Of a stretch of DNA of 64,000 nucleotides, positions 56,751 to 64,000 are shown piece after piece. The stretch is from Tubiluchus corallicola (taxonomy: Eukaryota > Animalia > Priapulida), in NCBI GenBank assembly GCA_030141605.1, contig JAQGDQ010000617.1, positions 62,792-126,791 on the forward strand. Direction: 5' to 3'. Numbering within the stretch: the stretch's first letter is position 1; each line of letters begins with the position of its first letter. The position numbers and the translations under genes are program-made. A model generated the notes under the pieces. That model was not told the origin of the DNA. It was given only the letters and a program-made list of their open reading frames with translations, and did not search any database.

Positions 56751-57669
56751 GAAATTTAAAACTTGTAAAGTTGTTTAATAGTGTCCCTTTTGACCTATTT
56801 TATAACAAGGCTACATATATTATTTTTCTATATGAAATATCACATTTCAACTTAAATTTGCTCAGTAATGTTCCGGCACAGATTTATAATTAGTGTAACA
56901 TCATTGTCTAGTAGACGCAGTGAACATTTAACTAAATTTCACGAATTTGGTCTTTTTTACATTGTCAAAATTCATAAGTTTGTTTCAAAAATAAAACTTA
57001 AAAAATGCAATAGAATCAAATGCGATTAAAACAATTAATTCGCTTGGTGGACATGTAAGGTACATGGTTTTGCATAAACACGGCGTTAGTAATGCTCAGA
57101 TTTCGTTTTTGTACGTTCAGTAAAAGAGAATGTTCGGTTTCCGAGTCAGTGAGTAACTGTAAAAGTATTTTATGCACTCACCTTACGAAAATAATAACAG
57201 AAAATGTCTTAAGACTGTTGACTTAAGACATGTCTTGAGAAATGTCTTAAGTAGTAAACGTTTAAGTAATAAGATTTTGATTAATAACACAGTTATTGAG
57301 TAATCATACTTTTGTATAACTAACAGAATGATTTACATTGATAATTATTGTTTCTGGTGTCGCTTCTGTACTCTGTGAGCTTTGTGTATTTCAATTTTAA
57401 GTGTTAACTAATGAATTACTTGTGTTTTTGAACTAACTCTCTATGTAACTACATTCTTGATAACCAGTTGTATATATCTGTTCTCAACTAAGATGTATTA
57501 GTTACACAGTGGAAAAACTCCGATCAGTTAATATTACTGTATGTCAATTCACTCAAAATAAATAAAGTTTACATGTAATTATACCGACATAAGTCACTTT
57601 TTGAATGATTTAAGTGCAAAGTAAAAGGAAGGCATCATAAAACAAGACAGTGAATTCACGGTTACCAAT

Positions 57670-57736
57670 AAACGAATGAACGAACGAACGAACGAACGAA
57701 CGAACGAACGAACGAACGAACGAACGAACGAACGAA

Positions 57737-57791
<55 letters not shown>

Positions 57792-57939
57792 ATGAATGAA
57801 TGAATGAATGAATGAATAAATGAATAAATGAATGAATGAATGAATGAATGAATGAATGAATGAATGAATGAATGAATGAATGAATGAAGGAAGGAAGGAA
57901 CGAATGAATGAATGAATGAATAAATAAATGAATGAATAA

Positions 57940-57970
<31 letters not shown>

Positions 57971-58090
57971 AACGAACGAACGAACGAACGAACGAACGAA
58001 CGAATGAATGGACGAATGAATGAATGAATGAATATATGAATGAATAAACAAACAAACGAATGAACGAACGAACGAACGAACGAATGGATG
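57670..58090. repeat. Compound tetranucleotide repeat (GAAC/AAAT/GAAT)
   Basis: Directly visible. Confidence 0.97.
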
Positions 58091-58723
58091 AAATTTATTT
58101 GCACTATCAACAAAGTAATAATGCACAAATGAATAGCAAAAGTTAAAAGTGCTGGAGCAACCAGCGTTAACAAGGCAGAAAAAATCTGATGCAGAAAATC
58201 ACAATCACTTTCAACTTTACCACAGTAACTCAAGGAGCCCCACAGGTTAGTAAAATAAAAGTGTTGATCATCTAAAAGTTTACAAATGAACCATACGGGT
58301 AAACTGACTACAGTAAAATAAATATTAACTAAATTTTATGTACTTTTCAGTTCGGGAGACCATTACGATGAGTATTTTCTAAACTTTGAGAAAATCTTGA
58401 GATACAATTGCTCATAATTTGCTAATAACGTATGTATATCCTCTAATTACTTTAAAAAACTTAAATTTAGTTTAAAATAACAGCTAGGTATTAATTAATA
58501 CGACAGTGCAGTGTAGAACTCTTAATTTTGTAAAATTGACTTTTTTCTATTGTTATTTTTTTTTGTTATTTTTGTTTATTTGTGATTTTTTGGCACTAAT
58601 TTCTTATTATGTTTAGATGGAATGACATGTTTTGGGTAATAAAAAGCAAAGAAAGAGCAAAATTTAACCGAGGCTTCGAATTTCTATTTGGTTCTTGAAA
58701 GCCCAAACAATTTCAGTGAAATT

Positions 58724-58840
58724 TCAATTTTTTAAAGAGGTTTTGAATGAAGCCAATGGCGCCATGACAACGCGAGAAGGAAGAGAATTCCAAGGCGATA
58801 TAATTCTAACGATGAAAGAGTTTTGCCGTTCAATTTTGTA
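58724..58840 (-). mobile_element. CR1/L2-like LINE extreme 3' fragment
   Basis: RQNSFIVRIISPWNSLPSRVV...SFKTSLKN (WNSLP...FK motif). Confidence 0.65.
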
Positions 58841-58841
58841 C

Positions 58842-58904
<63 letters not shown>

Positions 58905-58905
58905 A

Positions 58906-58943
<38 letters not shown>

Positions 58944-59169
58944 AAATCTTTATTTGCCATTTTAAAAACATTGACCATCATAATAAAAGACAGACAATCA
59001 GTGTTAGTTCATATAAAAAACCTACACTGTTTTGGGCAACTGCGTCTGGTGCAAGCTAAACTATAAGTGCAATTAGAAATTCAAAAATGAAATATAAACT
59101 AGTTTAGTAAGGGCTAGGAAAAATGAAATTATGATTTGAGTAAGTATCATCGTGTTCGTATGTTGGATA

Positions 59170-59388
59170 TTCAAAACGAGTCATTAAATGTTTTTTTTTT
59201 AATTTAGACTTGAATATTGTTAAAGAGCTGCTGTGTTTTAGTGATGTCGGTAATGAATTCCAAAGTTGTATTGCTTGCTTAGTAATGGAATTCTTTCCAT
59301 ATTGATTGTTCGTTCTAATGTTTCTTAAATTTAGTGTTCTCTTAATCATACTGAGGTTTTTATCGTAAAGCATAGCTTTGAAGTACAT
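59170..59388 (-). mobile_element. L2/CR1-group LINE 3' fragment
   Basis: RTNNQYGKNSITKQAIQLWNSLPTSLKHSSSLTIFKSKLKKKHL motif. Confidence 0.7.
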
Positions 59389-59922
59389 TTAATTTGATGT
59401 ATGACTCTCTTTTCACTTTTTGGTACGTAAACACATAACTTTGTGCGTGAGCATGCATATTTACATACACGCACATGCACGCACATACACATGTACACTA
59501 GCTGCACGTGTTAGCCACGAAGGAAAACATACGAGAGCAATCAGCAAACCCGCGTAAATGTGCAAAACCCCTTAAATCACCATTTTATTGTAGTTTTATG
59601 TTACGCCTTCAGCAAATTCGACAAATTACAAGTACAAACCGCGTCTAAACGGTACAAAAAGGGTTAATTCAACGGCTCATATTAGCCGAGAATATAATTT
59701 ACAATAAATGTTATCATGGCGCATTAAAAGTTGGAGTTGTTTCACACGATTTGACAATAAAATGCCCTGATTGGCGGTTCAAACGCTAGCAAAGCAGTTA
59801 AGCAGGTTTATGAGCCAATGCTTATTAATTTATAGCGCCTAAACGAGCTGGCTCGAGATATTTGTGGCCTTGTGACCAATCATCGAACAGCAAGAAGAAC
59901 GAAAGTAATAAAACAAAAATAA

Positions 59923-60060
59923 ACATACCTCTGCAGTTGAAGATACGTATAAACAAACATGTTGTTGTGGGATCGCTTACCAACGCGTAAGCTTGGGACA
60001 GTGCCCAGCGAATACCAGAATGATGTTGGTCACGTGACGCAGCTCGCGGCCAATCAGGCA
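59923..60060 (-). promoter_or_regulatory. Candidate distal promoter plus short first exon (possibly of Antp)
   Basis: GC-richer non-repetitive island with CCAATC (60050-60055), GGTCACGTGAC E-box (60028-60038) and a strong minus-strand donor CAGAG|GTATGT (GT at 59928-59927). Confidence 0.45.
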
Positions 60061-60593
60061 GCGATGTTGTGCGAGGAGTAAAATCATCTGAATTTTTGCT
60101 AGGTAATAACGCTAAATGACTAATTGCGACAGGCAGAGAAAGTTGATCCGTAAAAGCATCAGGTTCACTTGAAATTTCAGCATAGGAACAGAAGCCGAAA
60201 CGGTTTACTTAGCTTGCAGGAAAATCTGTAATTTTTTTTAATGGATGAAGCAGAAAATGTTTTGAAATTTCTCACGTTGCAACAAAAATTCTTTACGATC
60301 GATCTCTAAAATCTGCTTAATGTAGACAAATGTAACGTAAACAGCTTAATTAAATTATTATCAATAACATGAGTTTTTCATTTAGTAACTAGTCTATGGA
60401 AGCGCTCAGAATTCCTGTGTAAATGTGCTGAAAGTTGACGAAGTTTCAATGCTAAAGTTAAAATGGAGCACCAGGACAGTGTAAAAAACTTAAAAATGAG
60501 CATAGAATCAAGTCCCACATGCACGACAGAGAAGTATTATGGGAAAGGAATCTGGTGGAATGGAAGAAAGTAATACAGAATGGAATAAGTATG

Positions 60594-61742
60594 CAGAATA
60601 GAATAGAATAGAATAGAATAGAATAGAATAGAATAGAATAGAATAGAATAGAATAGAATAGAATAGAATAGAATAGAATAGAATAGAATAGAATAGAACA
60701 GAACAGGACAGGACAGGACAGGACAGGACAGAATAGGGACAGAATAGGACGGAATAGGGACGGAATAGAATATACATAGAATAAAATAGAACAGAATAGA
60801 ATAGAATAGAATAGAATAGAATAGAATAGAATAGAATAGAATAGAATAGAATAGAATAGAATAGAATAGAATAGAATAGAATAGGACAGGACAGGACAGG
60901 ATAGGACAGGACTGGAATAGGGACAGAATAGGACGGAATAGGGACGGAATAGAATAGAATAGAATAGAATAGAATAGAATAGAATAGAATAGAATAGAAT
61001 AGAATAGAATAGAATAGAATAGAATAGAATAGAACAGGACAGGACAGGACAGGACAGGACTGGACAGGACAGGACAGAATAGGGACAGAATAGGACGGAA
61101 TAGGGACCGAATAGAATATACATAGAATAAAATAGAACAGAATAGAATAGAATAGAATAGAATAGAATAGAATAGAATAGAATAGAATAGAATAGAATAG
61201 AATAGAATAGAATAGAATAGAATAGAACAGGACAGGACTGGACTGGACAGGACAGGACTGGACAGGACAGGACTGGACAGGACTGGACAGGACAGGACAG
61301 AATAGGGACAGAATAGGACGGAATAGGGACGGAATAGAATATACATAGAATAAAATAGAACAGAATAGAATAGAATAGAATAGAATAGAATAGAATAGAA
61401 TAGAATAGAATAGAATAGAATAGGACAGGACAGGACAGGATAGGACAGGACTGGAATAGGGACAGAATAGGACGGAATAGGGACGGAATAGAATAGAATA
61501 GAATAGAATAGAATAGAATAGAATAGAATAGAATAGAATAGAATAGAATAGAATAGAATAGAATAGAATAGAATAGAGCAGAGCAGAACAGAACAGAACA
61601 GAACCGAACCGAACCGAACCGAACCGAACAGAACAGAACAGAACACAACAGAACACAACAGAACAGAACAGAACAGAACAGAACAGAACAGATCAGAACA
61701 GAACACAACAGAACAGAACAGAGTAGAATAGAATAATAGAAT
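60594..61742. repeat. Compound pentanucleotide satellite (GAATA/GGACA/GAACA) with higher-order structure
   Basis: The marker AGGGACAGAATAGGACGGAATAGGG recurs five times. Confidence 0.95.
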
Positions 61743-62597
61743 ACATTGGTATTAACAGTAAGTTTAAGGGCCGAGGGACCGATTATTAAGTATCCTCGTT
61801 AAGATGCCAATAATTTCAAGACAATTTAATTAAATCAAAATGAAATTTACCCTGACAATCACTTACATATAGGAACACATAAACAACTTTTTATACTTAA
61901 CATGTCAGCTTAGAAAAAAATATTGACAAAACAGCAGGAAAGAAGGCAAGACTCTTCACCTGTTAAAGTTTTATAAATTACCACGTGATTATTTTTACCT
62001 GCTAGTGTTGAGTTGGTAGCACCTCCCATCACTCCTGCTTCCTAATGAGAGGCATACCTGTACAGGTGACACTTAGACTGAATCTCATCAGTTAAGAACA
62101 GGTGGAAAGCGGCGGCGGCGTTGATTAATTTAAATAATATTTGTAACCTGTCATTTTGCACATGTTTACACAGAGCTGTACTAGTCAGACTAGACAAAAT
62201 AAAACTAGTCACGTGACTAGACAAAATAAAACTAGTCACGTGGTTTAATTTGTAAAACATCCAAATGCCTTGGGCTTGCTCACGTTCTGAAATTCTAAGT
62301 TGAAATAATTAATAGGATCGTTGATGTTAGCAACATTTGTCAAGTCTCGTGTACACAAGAAAATATGTGTTTGAATTGATTGCACATGCGTAGAAAGCGA
62401 TTTTTTAAGTGTTAATAAACACGAGTTGAATCAAGTGTTACAAATCTTTGCGGAGGTTTACCGTTTTACTGTAATGTAACGTTCTGTTCTGTTCTGTTCT
62501 GTTCTGTTCTGTTCTGTTCTGTTCTGTTCTGTTCTGTTCTGTCCTATCATGTCCGGTCCTGTCTGTTTATTCTATATTATTCTATTCTATTATGTCC

Positions 62598-63086
62598 CTA
62601 TTCCAGATACTATTATTCCAGTTACAATTATTCCAGTTACTATTATTCCAGTTACTATTATTCCAGTTACAATTATTCCAGTTACAATTATTCCAGTTAC
62701 TATTATTCCAGTTGTTATTATTCCAGTTGTTATTATTCCAGTTACTATTATTTCAGTTACTATTATCTCAGATACTATTATTCCAGTTGTTATTATTCCA
62801 GTTACTATTATTCCAGTTACTATTATTCCAGACACTATTATTCCAGTTACTATTATTCCGGATACTATTATTCCAGATACTATTATTCCAGTTACTATTA
62901 TTCCGGATACTATTATTCCAAATACTATTATTCCAGACACTATTATTCCAGATACTAATATTCCAGTTGTTATTATTCCAGTTACTATTATTCCAGTTAC
63001 TATTTTTCCGGATACTATTATTCCGGATACTATTATTCCAGATACCATTTTTCCAGTTGTTATTATTCCAGTTACTATTATTCAAT
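62598..63086. repeat. 15-bp minisatellite, second array
   Basis: Same unit as 55060-55440. Confidence 0.95.
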
Positions 63087-64000
63087 ATTATTCAGAGGAT
63101 TAAGTCTCAATTTTTCTTGTGCATTAGATGTAAGAGGTAACGCTAGCGTAGAACACATACGGACTGTAAATTTCATTAAAGAACTTATATGGGCTCTAGA
63201 ACGTAATTGTTTTCATTTTTTGACAGGAATGAAGTAATACTAACATATTATCTTACGGTAACTGAATTTATATATTCACATTGCTTACTGTTAATTAATT
63301 ACTAATCTTGCTAATTAATGTTATTTTCTTTTTGATTTATTTGTATATTTTGATGTGATTGTACCACGAGTATGAGTAAGAATGATACAATTATGTGTAT
63401 ATGAGTACGAATAAGAATGATATAATTATATGTGTATACGAGTACGAATAAGAATGATATAATCATATCTGTATACGAGTACGAATAGGAATGATATAAT
63501 CATATGTATATATAAACTTGTAACTTCCACAGCTAGATGATAATGTACAGTAATATCACGCTGTGAAATTTCAACTGTGCAGAGCACTTGCTTCTAATAT
63601 TATTGCACGCTAAACATGGGCATATTTTTTCTGCGCCACCCTGTATATGTACCTCCAATACCACTAGTCCTTCGCCATAATTGGTTCAAAAAGCGGTGCA
63701 AAGGGAAGAGAAAAGCCGCCGACAATGACAGGTTTTTCTATATAAATGGCTGACTGCTCATATTTCTGTGGATTCGCCTACAACTAATTGAGCAAAGTTG
63801 ACAAGGTGATATATATTCGACTCAAACTGTACAGCATTCCTAGCAATGTTCTAGATACGGAGAGTTAAACTATTATCACATTGTTGGCACTTACTTACAT
63901 AAGCCAACAATACTTATATGCAAATATATAGACTGTCTTATTGTAGATATTTTAACAAGACAATATAGTCTTACTTATATACAGAAATATAGCTTATCGT
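63087..64000 (+). repeat. Segmental duplicate of 55441-56354
   Basis: Constant offset of 7,646 bp with no visible differences; runs to the window end. Confidence 0.95.

Noticed and set aside
60458-61708. 380-416 aa ORFs (FYSIL repeats) in three frames
   Set aside because: Translation of the pentamer satellite.

Overview
AT-rich, repeat-dense animal (invertebrate bilaterian) genomic DNA from the central part of a Hox cluster. Two two-exon homeobox genes lie on the minus strand in the conventional cluster order and orientation. The first is an ftz/Lox5-type (Hox6 position) gene: CDS 13414-12961 joined to 9608-9322, about 246 aa, homeodomain arm KRTRQTYTR, degenerate hexapeptide FSWI. The second is an Antp-type (Hox7 position) gene: CDS 34790-34247 joined to 26036-25801, about 259 aa, with [23 protein letters not shown] and the unusual hexapeptide YKWM. 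Both splice junctions are canonical GT-AG, phase 1, and keep the frame. A candidate distal promoter and non-coding first exon at about 59.9-60.06 kb (E-box, CCAAT, strong donor) could splice to an acceptor just upstream of the Antp coding exon. The rest is microsatellites, minisatellites, non-autonomous DNA transposons (TTAA-flanked Kolobok/T2-like and piggyBac-like, an intact hAT-type MITE next to the Antp stop codon, Tc1/mariner ends), LINE 3' ends, a tRNA-derived SINE, fold-back elements carrying degenerate minimal hammerhead-ribozyme motifs, and an apparently identical duplication offset by 7,646 bp at the right edge. Nearly all other ORFs in the track are simple-repeat artefacts. The species cannot be determined from the sequence alone.
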